A stretch of 49,450 nt of DNA, from IMG/VR virus record IMGVR_UViG_3300025387_000025, positions 1 through 49,450 of that record; one strand, given 5' to 3'. Positions 17,713 to 27,228 of the stretch are shown here, in pieces; the first letter of the stretch is position 1; every line of letters begins with the position of its first letter. The notes below the pieces were generated by a model. It searched no databases and was not told the DNA's origin. It saw nothing but the letters and a program-made list of their open reading frames with translations. This DNA is from a virus. Taxonomy: Duplodnaviria; Caudoviricetes. Both the position numbers and the translations under genes were made by a program.

Positions 17713-18414
17713 ATGGCGGTGATTAGATTTAACCCTGATGATGTTTTTGGAACAGATAGTTCAGAATATGAAATTCTTACTAATGCTGTTCCAAAAATTA
17801 AGGGTATTGAAGGAGCAGTTATTGAACTTGGTACACGCAGAGGTGGATCTGCTAAAATGATTATTGATGCTCTTACTAATAATGGTGATACAAATCGTTC
17901 AATGTTTTGTATTGATCCTTATGGTAATATTGATTTTGAGTGTACAAATTTCAATCTTACTGTTGCTCATACTGGTAATATTCAAGTTAATGGAGATCCA
18001 AATTCAAAAGCACAAAGCACAGCAATAAAATATGATTACAACAATTCAATGCGTAATCGTATTATTCCATCTTTGTATTATTGTGCTTATGATAGTGGTC
18101 TGAATTTTAATTTCTTTTGTTTAGAAGACACAGAATTTTTTAATAGGTATTCAGATGGTGTTCCAGTTTATGATGAAGGCAAAAAGATAGAAAACAAATA
18201 TGCATTTTGGTTTCTTGATGGTCCTCACACAAATGATATTGTTTTAAGAGAAACAAAGTTTTTTGCAGAACGCTCTCCTGTTGGTGCTGTTTCCGTAATG
18301 GATGATATATGGATGTATGAACATGATGAAATTATTGAATCATATATGTTTGAAAATGGATGGGAAATTCTTGAAAAAGGCTCTGTCAAAGTTTCCTACG
18401 TTAAGCAAAAATAA
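17713..18414 (+). CDS. Class I SAM-dependent O-methyltransferase (TylF/Methyltransf_24-like)
   Basis: VIELGTRRGGS, CIDPY, FLDGPH, VMDD. Confidence 0.8.
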   Translation: MAVIRFNPDDVFGTDSSEYEILTNAVPKIKGIEGAVIELGTRRGGSAKMIIDALTNNGDTNRSMFCIDPYGNIDFECTNFNLTVAHTGNIQVNGDPNSKAQSTAIKYDYNNSMRNRIIPSLYYCAYDSGLNFNFFCLEDTEFFNRYSDGVPVYDEGKKIENKYAFWFLDGPHTNDIVLRETKFFAERSPVGAVSVMDDIWMYEHDEIIESYMFENGWEILEKGSVKVSYVKQK

Positions 18415-18631
18415 TGAAATATTTCTAGAAGTTGTTGCTACTGTTATTCTAATAACAGGAGTTGGGCTGACTTCTTTTAATATATTTCCGATGAATATAT
18501 ATATTAGTCTTATTGGTAATTTTTTATGGCTAATATTAGGAATATGTTGGAAAAAGTGGTCACTTATCATAATTCAAGTTGTTGTTACTATAATATATAT
18601 AGTAGGAATGCTAAAATATCTACTTATTTGA
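18414..18631 (+). pseudogene. Small 3-TM membrane protein, apparently frameshifted at its start
   Basis: Coupled TAATG start reads MKYF*; the hydrophobic body (IFLEVVATVIL...) is in another frame. Confidence 0.45.
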
Positions 18632-18656
18632 CATCATTTTGATTTTGTGGTATAAT
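18628..18656 (+). promoter_or_regulatory. Sigma70-like promoter with extended -10
   Basis: TTGACA-17-TATAAT with TGn. Confidence 0.8.
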
Positions 18657-18682
18657 AATCACAGTCTAAATTGGAGGTAGTT

Positions 18683-18799
18683 ATGTTGAAAAGTAATCTA
18701 GAACTGTTGGTTGAATATGACATGTATGAGCAGGGATATGATCCTACATCCATAGATGATATTAAAGAATATTGGAAAGGTCTATTAAATGACAATTGA
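18683..18799 (+). CDS. 38-aa hypothetical protein (not in the ORF track)
   Basis: GGAGG RBS; MLKSNLELLVEYDMYEQGYDPTSIDDIKEYWKGLLNDN. Confidence 0.65.
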   Translation: MLKSNLELLVEYDMYEQGYDPTSIDDIKEYWKGLLNDN

Positions 18800-19061
18800 G
18801 ATTTATTCAAAGGATGGTTGTCCTAACTGCGTGAAAGCAAAACAATTACTTTCTTCTCACGGAAAGGATTATATTGAATATAAGTTAAATGAAGATTTTA
18901 CAAGAGAAGTTCTTGTATCAAAGTTTCCTGAAGCAAAAACATTTCCAATAATTGTTGTTGATGGATTCAATATTGGTAGTTATGATCATCTTTTTAAGTA
19001 TATCACGGAAGAAAGATTAGATAATCGTAAACTACTTAATGAAAATTATTTTGGAGCATAA
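18789..19061 (+). CDS. nrdC: Glutaredoxin
   Basis: CPNC active site; TFP.I; IGSY. Confidence 0.9.
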   Translation: MTIEIYSKDGCPNCVKAKQLLSSHGKDYIEYKLNEDFTREVLVSKFPEAKTFPIIVVDGFNIGSYDHLFKYITEERLDNRKLLNENYFGA

Positions 19062-19062
19062 A

Positions 19063-19344
19063 ATGCAGAAGATTAAATATAATCGTGATAGTATATTAAT
19101 AGATCTTCGTGAAGGTTCATGTAAGATTTTTTATATGAATCAAAATAATCAAAGAGTTGGTTTACGTTGTTCGTTAAAACCAGATCTTCTTCCTGATTCT
19201 TATTATTTAACAGAAGAACCAAAAGAAAGAGAATTTCATGCAAAAAATCCTGAAATTATTTCTGTATGGGATCTAGATAATGGGGGATGGAAACAGTTTC
19301 ATATTGATTCAATACAATATGTTGAATCCGTAGATACATTTTAA
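19063..19344 (+). CDS. SH3 beta-barrel (WYL_2-like) protein
   Basis: RCSLKPDLLP...VWDLDNGGWKQF..DSI. Confidence 0.6.
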   Translation: MQKIKYNRDSILIDLREGSCKIFYMNQNNQRVGLRCSLKPDLLPDSYYLTEEPKEREFHAKNPEIISVWDLDNGGWKQFHIDSIQYVESVDTF

Positions 19345-19359
19345 TATTTGGAGTTATAG

Positions 19360-20352
19360 ATGGCATTCGTTGAAGAAAATGAAATTTCTGCTAAATCATT
19401 TGGTGGGACTGAAATTACAAAAAGAATTATTGGTGATAAAATTTCTGCTGAACTAGCGGAAGATTTTCAAATTGTTCCTTCAAGAATAAGAGATCTTAAA
19501 GAAGATAAGATTAGGATTTATTGGGCGCATGATATGGCACAAGATCCAGAATGTGCTCATTTAAAAGAACAAAACAGTAGAGACAGATTTCATAAAATGG
19601 TTTTTGTTTCTAATTGGCAAATGAATGATTTTATCAGAACTTTAGATATTCCGTTTAATACCAAACTTCAAGTTATTGAAAATGGAATTGAACCAATTGA
19701 ATTAAAACCAAAACAAAAAGATAAAGTAAATATAGTATATTTTTCAACACCACAGCGTGGGTTAGAACTTGCTGTTCCTGTTGTTGATGCTTTAAGCAAA
19801 GAACATCCAGAAATTCATTTTGATGTTTTTTCATCTTTTAAAATATATGGTTGGGACGATGCTGATAAGCATTTTGAACCTCTATATGATCAAATTAGAA
19901 ACCATCCTAATATGACTTATCATGGATTTGCTCCTCAAGATAAATTAAGGTCACATTTACAAGATTCTCATATTTTAGCTTATCCATCTATATGGCAAGA
20001 AACAAATTGTCGTGTATTAACAGAATCAATGTCAGCAGGTCTTCTTTGTGTACATCCTAATCTTGCTGCATTATCAGATACTTCTGGTAATATGACATTT
20101 ATGTATCAGTATGATAATACACCAAATGTTCATGCTGAAACATTTTATAAATATCTAAAGAGAGCAGTTGAAGAAGTGAATAAAGATGAAATTCAAAATT
20201 ATCTTAGATTTGCTAAAGCTTATGCTGATACTAGATTTAACCTAGATCGTGTAGCAACACAATGGGAATCTTTATTGATTGAATTAAAAGAAAAATATTC
20301 AAACGTTGAATCAAGAAAGTTTCCAAAGGAAATGTTTACATATAAAACCTAA
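19360..20352 (+). CDS. GT-B (family 4-like) glycosyltransferase
   Basis: GGTE, WAHD, FVS.WQ, STPQRGL, YPS..QETNC...ESMSAG. Confidence 0.85.
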   Translation: MAFVEENEISAKSFGGTEITKRIIGDKISAELAEDFQIVPSRIRDLKEDKIRIYWAHDMAQDPECAHLKEQNSRDRFHKMVFVSNWQMNDFIRTLDIPFNTKLQVIENGIEPIELKPKQKDKVNIVYFSTPQRGLELAVPVVDALSKEHPEIHFDVFSSFKIYGWDDADKHFEPLYDQIRNHPNMTYHGFAPQDKLRSHLQDSHILAYPSIWQETNCRVLTESMSAGLLCVHPNLAALSDTSGNMTFMYQYDNTPNVHAETFYKYLKRAVEEVNKDEIQNYLRFAKAYADTRFNLDRVATQWESLLIELKEKYSNVESRKFPKEMFTYKT

Positions 20353-20353
20353 C

Positions 20354-20382
20354 TTGACATATCACCAAGGATAAAGTATAAC
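20354..20382 (+). promoter_or_regulatory. Sigma70-like promoter
   Basis: TTGACA-17-TATAAC. Confidence 0.65.
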
Positions 20383-20385
20383 ACA

Positions 20386-20781
20386 ATGGTTATGAGTAAT
20401 AATGTAATCCTCTTTCCAAAAGAAAATAAAAATATTCAAAAAACAATATCTATTGATGAAATAAATCACAATCTTGAATTGATGAATCATTATCATATTC
20501 AAGAAACAATAACTAACATAATTCCTTTAGTTTTCAATCAACTAGAGATTTCTGGTTTTTTTAGTGAATTGGACGAAGAGGAAGATATAAAAGATGGTGC
20601 TTTCTTGATAGAAGCACTAAGATCAATAATGTGTAAACATTATGGAATTTATCATCCTTTTCAAAAATTAGCACAATCTGTTTTTATTGATGATGAAAAA
20701 GAAGAAGGTGCTTTAAGAATAGTTGATGAATTAAATGTCAGTCTTAAAGACGACAGTGAGGAAGAAAGTGATATTGATTGA
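20386..20781 (+). CDS. Conserved hypothetical protein
   Basis: NNVILFP start; HPFQ motif. Confidence 0.65.
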   Translation: MVMSNNVILFPKENKNIQKTISIDEINHNLELMNHYHIQETITNIIPLVFNQLEISGFFSELDEEEDIKDGAFLIEALRSIMCKHYGIYHPFQKLAQSVFIDDEKEEGALRIVDELNVSLKDDSEEESDID

Positions 20782-21628
20782 CTTAAACCAAACTATGTTA
20801 TCTAATTTGATGTCACAGCTTGGAAATCATACTAATGCTCAAGTTGAAGAAAATATGTTTAGGCATATGGTATTAAATGCAATAAGATCATATAAACAGA
20901 AATTTGGGTCTGAATATGGTGAAATGATTATTGCTTGTGATAATACCAATTATTGGCGAAAAAAGATTTTTCCATATTATAAGGCAAACCGTAAAAAAGC
21001 AATAGCTGCATCAGAAATGAACTGGAAAGACATTTTTGAATGTATGAACAAAATTCGTGCAGAATTGAAAGAATTCTTTCCATATAGGGTAATTGACGTT
21101 GATTCAGCAGAAGCTGATGATATTATTGGCACTTTGGTCTTTGAATTTGGTCTTAATATAAATACAGGCGAAAAGATCCTTATCTTATCAGGAGATAAGG
21201 ATTTTATACAATTACATACATACGCAAATGTTAAACAATTTGATCCAGTAAGAAAAAAATGGATTACAAATGACCAGCCGGAGACATATTTGAAAGAACA
21301 TATTATGAAGGGAGACGCAAGCGACGGTATCCCAAATATTCTTTCTTCGGATAATTGTTTTGTTGTTGGAGAACGTCAAAGACCATTGACAAAGAAGAAA
21401 ATTGATATATATTTAAAAATGAATCCTTTGAATTTTGGAAACACTGTTATTGAAAGAAACTATTCCAGAAATGCTCAATTGATTGATTTAAATAATATAC
21501 CAAAGGAAATTAAAGAAAAAGTAATGGAACAGTATAAAAATCAAGAAGGACGTGATCGTTCAAAACTAATAAATTATTTTATGGTACATAAATTAAAAAA
21601 TCTAACAGAATATATAAGTGAGTTTTAA
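20768..21628 (+). CDS. rnh: T4-type RNase H (5'-3' exonuclease)
   Basis: ILIDLNQ, YWRK..FPYYKANR, EADDII, SGDKDF.QL, GD.SDGIPN. Confidence 0.93.
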   Translation: MILIDLNQTMLSNLMSQLGNHTNAQVEENMFRHMVLNAIRSYKQKFGSEYGEMIIACDNTNYWRKKIFPYYKANRKKAIAASEMNWKDIFECMNKIRAELKEFFPYRVIDVDSAEADDIIGTLVFEFGLNINTGEKILILSGDKDFIQLHTYANVKQFDPVRKKWITNDQPETYLKEHIMKGDASDGIPNILSSDNCFVVGERQRPLTKKKIDIYLKMNPLNFGNTVIERNYSRNAQLIDLNNIPKEIKEKVMEQYKNQEGRDRSKLINYFMVHKLKNLTEYISEF

Positions 21629-21638
21629 GGAGAAAATA

Positions 21639-22055
21639 ATGGTTAAAAGTTTATATGAAATTCTTGAATGGATTGGTAAGAAAAGAAAAACACAAGAAAA
21701 AATTGATGCTCTTAGACAAAATGATAGTTTTGCAATTCGTGTTATTCTTCAAGGAGCATTTGATCCAAAAGTTGAATGGCTATTGCCACCTGGAACTCCA
21801 CCATATACGCCTAATCAATTAGTGGACCAACAGCATATTCTAATTAGAGAAGCTGAAAAATTACGTTATTATATTAAAGGATTTCATGATTCTTTAAATC
21901 AAAATAAAAGAGAAGCTATGTTTATTGAATTACTCGAAAGAGTAGATCCTCAAGATGCCAAACTTCTTTGTGCTATTAAGGATAAAAAAATGCCATTTCC
22001 TGGCATTACTTTGGAACATATCAGAGAAGGTTTACCGGGGTTGATCGCAGAATGA
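21639..22055 (+). CDS. Conserved T4-like protein (DUF6433-like)
   Basis: FDP..EWLLP.G.PPY...KREAMFIELLE..DP.DAKLL. Confidence 0.7.
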   Translation: MVKSLYEILEWIGKKRKTQEKIDALRQNDSFAIRVILQGAFDPKVEWLLPPGTPPYTPNQLVDQQHILIREAEKLRYYIKGFHDSLNQNKREAMFIELLERVDPQDAKLLCAIKDKKMPFPGITLEHIREGLPGLIAE

Positions 22056-22258
22056 GTAAAATGTCAATTAAAAAATTTCGTAAGAACGATTATTCTCATG
22101 AAGAAGATGATTTTCGTAATTCTCCAAGTGAATATTTATTAAAAAGAAAAGAAAAAAGAGTAGAACGTGCATTAAAAACTAAAGACATTTCTTCTCTTAT
22201 TGAAGATGAAGATTTTGATTATGATGATGACTATGATAAAGAGTGGTATGATAGATAA
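22052..22258 (+). CDS. Hypothetical protein
   Basis: Coupled ORF; basic then acidic. Confidence 0.6.
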   Translation: MSKMSIKKFRKNDYSHEEDDFRNSPSEYLLKRKEKRVERALKTKDISSLIEDEDFDYDDDYDKEWYDR

Positions 22259-22497
22259 TGCCTACATATGTTTTTATAGATAATTTAACTGGCGAAGAGT
22301 ATGAGGAGTTTATGAAAATCTCCGAACTTGAATCGTATTTGGAATCAAATCCAAATGTAACTCAACAAGTAACTGCTCCTGCATTGCATTCTGGCCGTGG
22401 TATGGGAAAGCCAGATTCTGGATTTCGTGACGTGCTTAAACAAATAAAAAAGAATGCAAATAAAGGAATTACCAGGAGCAGCGTTAATGTTTTTTAA
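22258..22497 (+). CDS. FmdB-like protein lacking the Zn cysteines
   Basis: MPTY.F...TGE..E...I.E...YL..NP; KPDSGFRDVL. Confidence 0.65.
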   Translation: MPTYVFIDNLTGEEYEEFMKISELESYLESNPNVTQQVTAPALHSGRGMGKPDSGFRDVLKQIKKNANKGITRSSVNVF

Positions 22498-22505
22498 GGG
22501 GTATA

Positions 22506-23270
22506 ATGCAAGAAGAATCAACAAGACGGCTAACCCGAAGAGAAAAAAGACTTCTTAGAAAAGGAAATGATCATCAAAATCCAGAAAATACTCAAGAAAA
22601 ACTTAAATTTAATTTAAAACATATAGATCCATTAACACACAACCAAAAACTTACATTTCAAGCATATAATCATGGAAAGCATTTAATGCTTCTTGGTTCT
22701 GCTGGATCAGGAAAAACTTTTTTATCATTATATCTTGCATTACGTGAGGTTCTTAGTGGCTCACATGAATATAAAAAAATCTATATATGTAGATCGGCAG
22801 AGCCTTCTAAAAATGTTGGATTTCTTCCTGGCAATTTAAAAGAAAAAACTAGAGTATATGAAGCTCCATATCAAGGAATATTAACTGAGTTGTTTGGTCG
22901 TGGTGATGCTTATGAATATATGAAAAGTAAAAATATTATTGAATTTATATCTACTTCATATATACGTGGTATTACTTTAGAAAACTGTATTGTTATAGTT
23001 GATGAGACTCAAAACTTGATTTGGAATGAAACATATGCTACTATCACCCGTATTGGTAAAAACTGTAAAATTATATTTTCAGGAGATTATAGACAGAGTG
23101 ATATTAGAAACCAATACAGAGATGATAATAGAAAAGAAGATATTTTAAAATTCATAGATGTTGTAAAAAGAATGAAGTCATTTGAAATGATAGAATTCAC
23201 TCATGATGATATTGTAAGATCTGATATAGTTAAAGAATTTATTATAACATCAGAAAAGTTAGGATACTAA
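22506..23270 (+). CDS. phoH: PhoH-like ATPase
   Basis: GSAGSGKT, GFLPG, IRG.T, DETQN, TRIG, IVRS. Confidence 0.93.
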   Translation: MQEESTRRLTRREKRLLRKGNDHQNPENTQEKLKFNLKHIDPLTHNQKLTFQAYNHGKHLMLLGSAGSGKTFLSLYLALREVLSGSHEYKKIYICRSAEPSKNVGFLPGNLKEKTRVYEAPYQGILTELFGRGDAYEYMKSKNIIEFISTSYIRGITLENCIVIVDETQNLIWNETYATITRIGKNCKIIFSGDYRQSDIRNQYRDDNRKEDILKFIDVVKRMKSFEMIEFTHDDIVRSDIVKEFIITSEKLGY

Positions 23271-23271
23271 T

Positions 23272-23922
23272 ATGAGTAATACTTATTTTGTACCTAATTA
23301 TTGGCCATCTCCAGTATATGGTAAGATTAATACATTTACATATAAAGCTGTAGATGATTCTATGAAAGATATAGTAGCATATTTTCTTCTTTCTGATGAT
23401 AAGAAAGATATGTTATATGTAGAATATAATTCTGTTATGCAATGGCAGGATACTTGGTATATGAGGTATACTCCAGGCCAAGGTATTATGGAATGGAGAG
23501 ACGATTACCCAAAAGGTGGTCTATTTGGTTCTCGTAAAAAAATTGTAATGAATCCTGGCATTGGTTGGGGAGAATGGGCGACTATAGGAAGTTTTTATCA
23601 AAATCATCCTAAGATGGACCCTTTGTCTTGCAATCCACCATCATTCCAAACTGGCACACAAACTGTTATTTGGGAATCATGGATGCAAGAATTGGTATTA
23701 TCTAATGGTGATAAGTATGAAGATGTGTTAGTAATAGTATACCAGCAGTCTTGGGGTAAAAATACTGCTGGTGCTAGATATTTCTTAGCAAAAGGAATTG
23801 GTCCTGTTGCTCTTCAGTGGATTGCTCCTAATCCGAATAAAGCTGGTAGCTTTATTACAACGGCTCGTATGGATGCAAAATATACGGTGATTAATGGCTA
23901 TCAGAAAGACATTTCAGCATAA
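23272..23922 (+). CDS. Trp-rich hypothetical protein
   Basis: 216-aa ORF; YFLAKGIGPV beta-rich motif. Confidence 0.6.
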   Translation: MSNTYFVPNYWPSPVYGKINTFTYKAVDDSMKDIVAYFLLSDDKKDMLYVEYNSVMQWQDTWYMRYTPGQGIMEWRDDYPKGGLFGSRKKIVMNPGIGWGEWATIGSFYQNHPKMDPLSCNPPSFQTGTQTVIWESWMQELVLSNGDKYEDVLVIVYQQSWGKNTAGARYFLAKGIGPVALQWIAPNPNKAGSFITTARMDAKYTVINGYQKDISA

Positions 23923-24553
23923 CTTAGTTCCAGAAGTTCATCTATCAGAGGAGTACATAGACGGAAAACGTTATTATGTGCTTCCTGATGGTCAAAAGTT
24001 TCGTTCAGTTACGACTGTTATTGGTGATCATTATCCAAAAACAGGATTAATGGAATGGAGAAAGAAAGTAGGAGAAGAACAAGCAAATAAAATTATGGTT
24101 CAAGCTTCCCGTAGAGGAACTGCTGTTCATTCTATTTGTGAAAAATATGTATTAAACGAAGAAAATTATGCAAAAGATGTAATGCCATCTCATCTTCAAG
24201 CGTTTAAAGATATTCAAAAAATATTAGATGAAAATGTAGATAATATTCTTGGTGTAGAGCTTCCATTATATTCTGTCGCACTTAAAACAGCAGGTAGATG
24301 TGATCTTATCGCACAGTATAATGGTATTGCATCAATTATTGATTATAAAACATCAACAAAAGAAAAAAAAGAAGAATGGATTGAAAATTATTTTGTCCAA
24401 ACAACATGTTATTCTATGATGTTTGAATGGATTTATAAAATATCAATACCACAAATAGTTATAATGATTGCTGTTGATGGTGATAACCCACAACTATTTG
24501 TTAAAGACAGAAAACAATATGTTGATAAAGTTATAGATATTTTTACTTCTTGA
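23894..24553 (+). CDS. PD-(D/E)xK (Cas4-like) exonuclease
   Basis: SVTT, RGTAVH, AGRCD, IIDYKT, YFVQ..Y. Confidence 0.85.
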   Translation: MAIRKTFQHNLVPEVHLSEEYIDGKRYYVLPDGQKFRSVTTVIGDHYPKTGLMEWRKKVGEEQANKIMVQASRRGTAVHSICEKYVLNEENYAKDVMPSHLQAFKDIQKILDENVDNILGVELPLYSVALKTAGRCDLIAQYNGIASIIDYKTSTKEKKEEWIENYFVQTTCYSMMFEWIYKISIPQIVIMIAVDGDNPQLFVKDRKQYVDKVIDIFTS

Positions 24554-24707
24554 GAAAAGACATGTCAATTAGAGGCCCAATATAATAATCCTCATTCCAT
24601 AAAGAAGGAAAAAATTCTCTTCTATATCTACCACCAGAATCTATATATCCTTTTTCATAATATAGTTTTACTATATTTTCAAAAGATTCAAAATCATCTT
24701 TTATCAT
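24543..24707 (-). CDS. 54-aa hypothetical protein (not in the ORF track)
   Basis: GGAG RBS; MIKDDFESFENIVKLYYEKG...; converges on the exonuclease. Confidence 0.5.
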   Translation of the reverse strand: MIKDDFESFENIVKLYYEKGYIDSGGRYRREFFPSLWNEDYYIGPLIDMSFLKK

Positions 24708-25158
24708 GTTCTCCATGCATCAATGCCTTTAATAGAGTTCTATCGTTTTCGTCTTTATACGGAGTTAGATCTAAATCTGGAGGAACACTTGATAATTTTT
24801 CATGTGCACAACCTTTTATATATTTATTATAATGAGAACTATATTTGTCCCAATTAACTCCAGATTTTCTAACAGCTTCTTTTTCTTGTTCCATAGCAAT
24901 ATGATGAGCATGTTGATAATCTAAACCGAATAAATCTATCAATGCTTTTTCTGTTCTTTCATGAATTATTAAAAACGGTGTAATATCAATATTATCATCC
25001 ATTAGTTTTAAATGACGATCAATATATATTGTTTTACCATCATTTGAATATCCAGCAACATATGGAACATCATAAGATTTATTAATTTTAAATTTTTCTT
25101 TCATACGATTTTTAAATTTAGGATCTTCAACGTATTTGTGATTTTTAAATGAATGCAT
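24694..25158 (-). CDS. Hypothetical His-rich, possibly metal-binding protein
   Basis: YDVPYVAGYS.DG.TIYIDRH, HERTE, YQHAHHIA. Confidence 0.6.
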   Translation of the reverse strand: MHSFKNHKYVEDPKFKNRMKEKFKINKSYDVPYVAGYSNDGKTIYIDRHLKLMDDNIDITPFLIIHERTEKALIDLFGLDYQHAHHIAMEQEKEAVRKSGVNWDKYSSHYNKYIKGCAHEKLSSVPPDLDLTPYKDENDRTLLKALMHGEHDKR

Positions 25159-25831
25159 CGCTTAATTCTTCCAAATTTATAATTTTAGAATCTCTATTTA
25201 ATAATTTTAATAATTCTTCATTATTATTGTTCCATTTTTCACCATCCCACCATTCAAAACCATTTATATTAGTTTTATAGATAGAATTTAATCCATAAAC
25301 AGGACCAATATATAGATATTTATGTCCTAATTTTTTAGCTGCTTCAACTTCATAATCAATAAGCATTCTTCCTATAGAAGCTTTTGGTTCAGAATAATCC
25401 CATACAGAAAATTGACTTTCAACTCCACCTTCATATTTTACCATTTTTGTATATGCAACTAATTTATGTGTTTTTTTGTTGTAAACAAAAACACCAGAAC
25501 TTCTATCAAGATCAGTATCTAATTTGTATCTTTTTTTAAATTTTTTAAGATTAATAAATGTAATATATACATCTATTACTTCTTCAGACATATTAAATTT
25601 ATCTAGATAATGAAATGAATAATTTTGTAAAATTTTATTTTGTTTTTGTGGTTTGTAATCATCTAATTTTAATCTTGATGATCTACATGTGTACCAAATA
25701 TTATCATAAATCAACCAGCCTTTTTCAAGTGCTTCTGATTCTTTGGTATCTTCTAAATCTAAAGATAGTTTAACTAATTGTAAATCTAGGTCTTCTTGGT
25801 TGCCATATAGATGGCTAATTTTTGTTTTCAT
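25145..25831 (-). CDS. ATE1/Bpt-like aminoacyl-tRNA--protein transferase (GNAT-like fold)
   Basis: ALEKGW; WDYSEPKASIG...EVEAAKKLGHKYLYIG......YK....FE matches the ATE_C pattern D....SLG...EI..A...G..Y.YLG......YK. Confidence 0.6.
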   Translation of the reverse strand: MKTKISHLYGNQEDLDLQLVKLSLDLEDTKESEALEKGWLIYDNIWYTCRSSRLKLDDYKPQKQNKILQNYSFHYLDKFNMSEEVIDVYITFINLKKFKKRYKLDTDLDRSSGVFVYNKKTHKLVAYTKMVKYEGGVESQFSVWDYSEPKASIGRMLIDYEVEAAKKLGHKYLYIGPVYGLNSIYKTNINGFEWWDGEKWNNNNEELLKLLNRDSKIINLEELSDAFI

Positions 25832-25958
25832 GTTTCCTTTCTCTATTGAAGAAACATTTTATTTTCAATAGAGACAAAACTAAATTCGCCTATTATTTAG
25901 ACAAAAGAAGACCGGCACTTGAGTTTAATAACATCAGAGGTACCGGCCATACTAATAT

Positions 25959-25966
25959 TATTTATA
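25959..25966 (-). promoter_or_regulatory. T4 late promoter TATAAATA
   Basis: Exact consensus on the minus strand. Confidence 0.6.
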
Positions 25967-25978
25967 TAAATTTTTATT

Positions 25979-26281
25979 TTATAAAGAACTGATTATAATT
26001 TTTTCTACAACATCAGCCGCTACTTCTTCACCAACTTTAACAGATTCTTTTTCTACTTCATCTACAATATCTTTGATATGTTCACGAAGTTCTGTTGTTT
26101 TGTTCTTTAATTTAAATATTTTACGTAACGTATAATCAAATAAAGGAACAACTAATGTTGATGCAGCTACAGTTGTAGCCCCTAAAATTATTCCTGGAAC
26201 AAGTGCTGCTTCTACAATAGCAGCACCAGCAGTTACAACTATAACTGTAGCAATAGTTTTATTGGTGTTTTCAGTTTTCAT
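25979..26281 (-). CDS. Membrane protein
   Basis: Long hydrophobic N-terminal half, charged C-terminus. Confidence 0.6.
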   Translation of the reverse strand: MKTENTNKTIATVIVVTAGAAIVEAALVPGIILGATTVAASTLVVPLFDYTLRKIFKLKNKTTELREHIKDIVDEVEKESVKVGEEVAADVVEKIIISSL

Positions 26282-26634
26282 TACTTTACAAAATTACCGT
26301 TTACAACAACAACTTTACCATCAACTTCAACTAAAATAGGACTAATAGTAGCACCAGCTTTATGTACTTTAGTAGTTGTAGTAGGTGTAGCATTAACAGC
26401 CTGACAAATAATCTGTGCAATCTGAGCAGCGGTTAAGACAGTTGTAGATGCATTTAGAATCTGTGCAATTGTAGTAGCAGCAGGAACAAATCCACATGCA
26501 GTTTTTGTTACAACAGCAACATCATTAACAACTGTAGTCGTTGTTGAAATAACAGTAGTTGATGATGGAGCATTACAACCAGCAACTGCTAGTCCTAAAG
26601 CACCTGCTGTTAGCAGTGCAATATATTTTCTCAT
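26281..26634 (-). CDS. Lipoprotein
   Basis: MRKYIALLTAGALGLAVAG|C lipobox; GGAG RBS; two further Cys. Confidence 0.7.
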   Translation of the reverse strand: MRKYIALLTAGALGLAVAGCNAPSSTTVISTTTTVVNDVAVVTKTACGFVPAATTIAQILNASTTVLTAAQIAQIICQAVNATPTTTTKVHKAGATISPILVEVDGKVVVVNGNFVK

Positions 26635-26635
26635 T

Positions 26636-26989
26636 TCATTCTCCTTGTGTGTTTGGAACCCAACCATATAAAATATCCCAATGATATCCAGGAATGTCAT
26701 ATGGTTCAGATGGATGTGTATTTTTTGCTAAGAAAATTAAAAAACCTATGACACCAACAGCAATTGCTGCCTGTGGAATAAATGGTGCTAATATTTTTGC
26801 TAAATCTTCAGCAGTAGTCAATACTGCTAATTCTTCGTCTTTACTTTCAATGATTTTTAACAAATCTCCCCAATCAACATCTTTCATAAGTTGTAAAATT
26901 TGGATTATTTGACTTAAAGGAATTGCTCCAGAAGGTATTTCTAAAGCACTTTTATGGTCTGTTAAATCATTTAAAATATATTGAGTCAT
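26636..26989 (-). CDS. Membrane protein
   Basis: Single TM near the C-terminus. Confidence 0.55.
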   Translation of the reverse strand: MTQYILNDLTDHKSALEIPSGAIPLSQIIQILQLMKDVDWGDLLKIIESKDEELAVLTTAEDLAKILAPFIPQAAIAVGVIGFLIFLAKNTHPSEPYDIPGYHWDILYGWVPNTQGE

Positions 26990-27204
26990 TTATCTTTTGG
27001 AGGTTCTGTATAAAGAGCTTTCTTAACAGTAGTAACCTGTGTGATTGCTCTCATAACCGCCATAAGAATAGCAGAACCAATAGTGGTCCATGCAGCAGAA
27101 TCTGGATGATTAATTAAAGTAGCCCAATCAGTTTGTGCAAGAACACCAAATGCTGCTAATAAAGCAGCAGCAATATACGTCTTATATCCATTAAGCATAT
27201 TCAT
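26986..27204 (-). CDS. Putative holin
   Basis: LNGYKTYI start, two TMs, basic tail; late promoter ACTAAATA at 27243-27250. Confidence 0.55.
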   Translation of the reverse strand: MNMLNGYKTYIAAALLAAFGVLAQTDWATLINHPDSAAWTTIGSAILMAVMRAITQVTTVKKALYTEPPKDK

Positions 27205-27228
27205 CTCCTTAATAATAAATTACCACAA

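Noticed and set aside
23894-24553. Cas4-like nuclease suggesting a CRISPR system
   Set aside because: No repeat-spacer array or other cas genes seen; this exonuclease is a usual phoH neighbour in T4-like phages.
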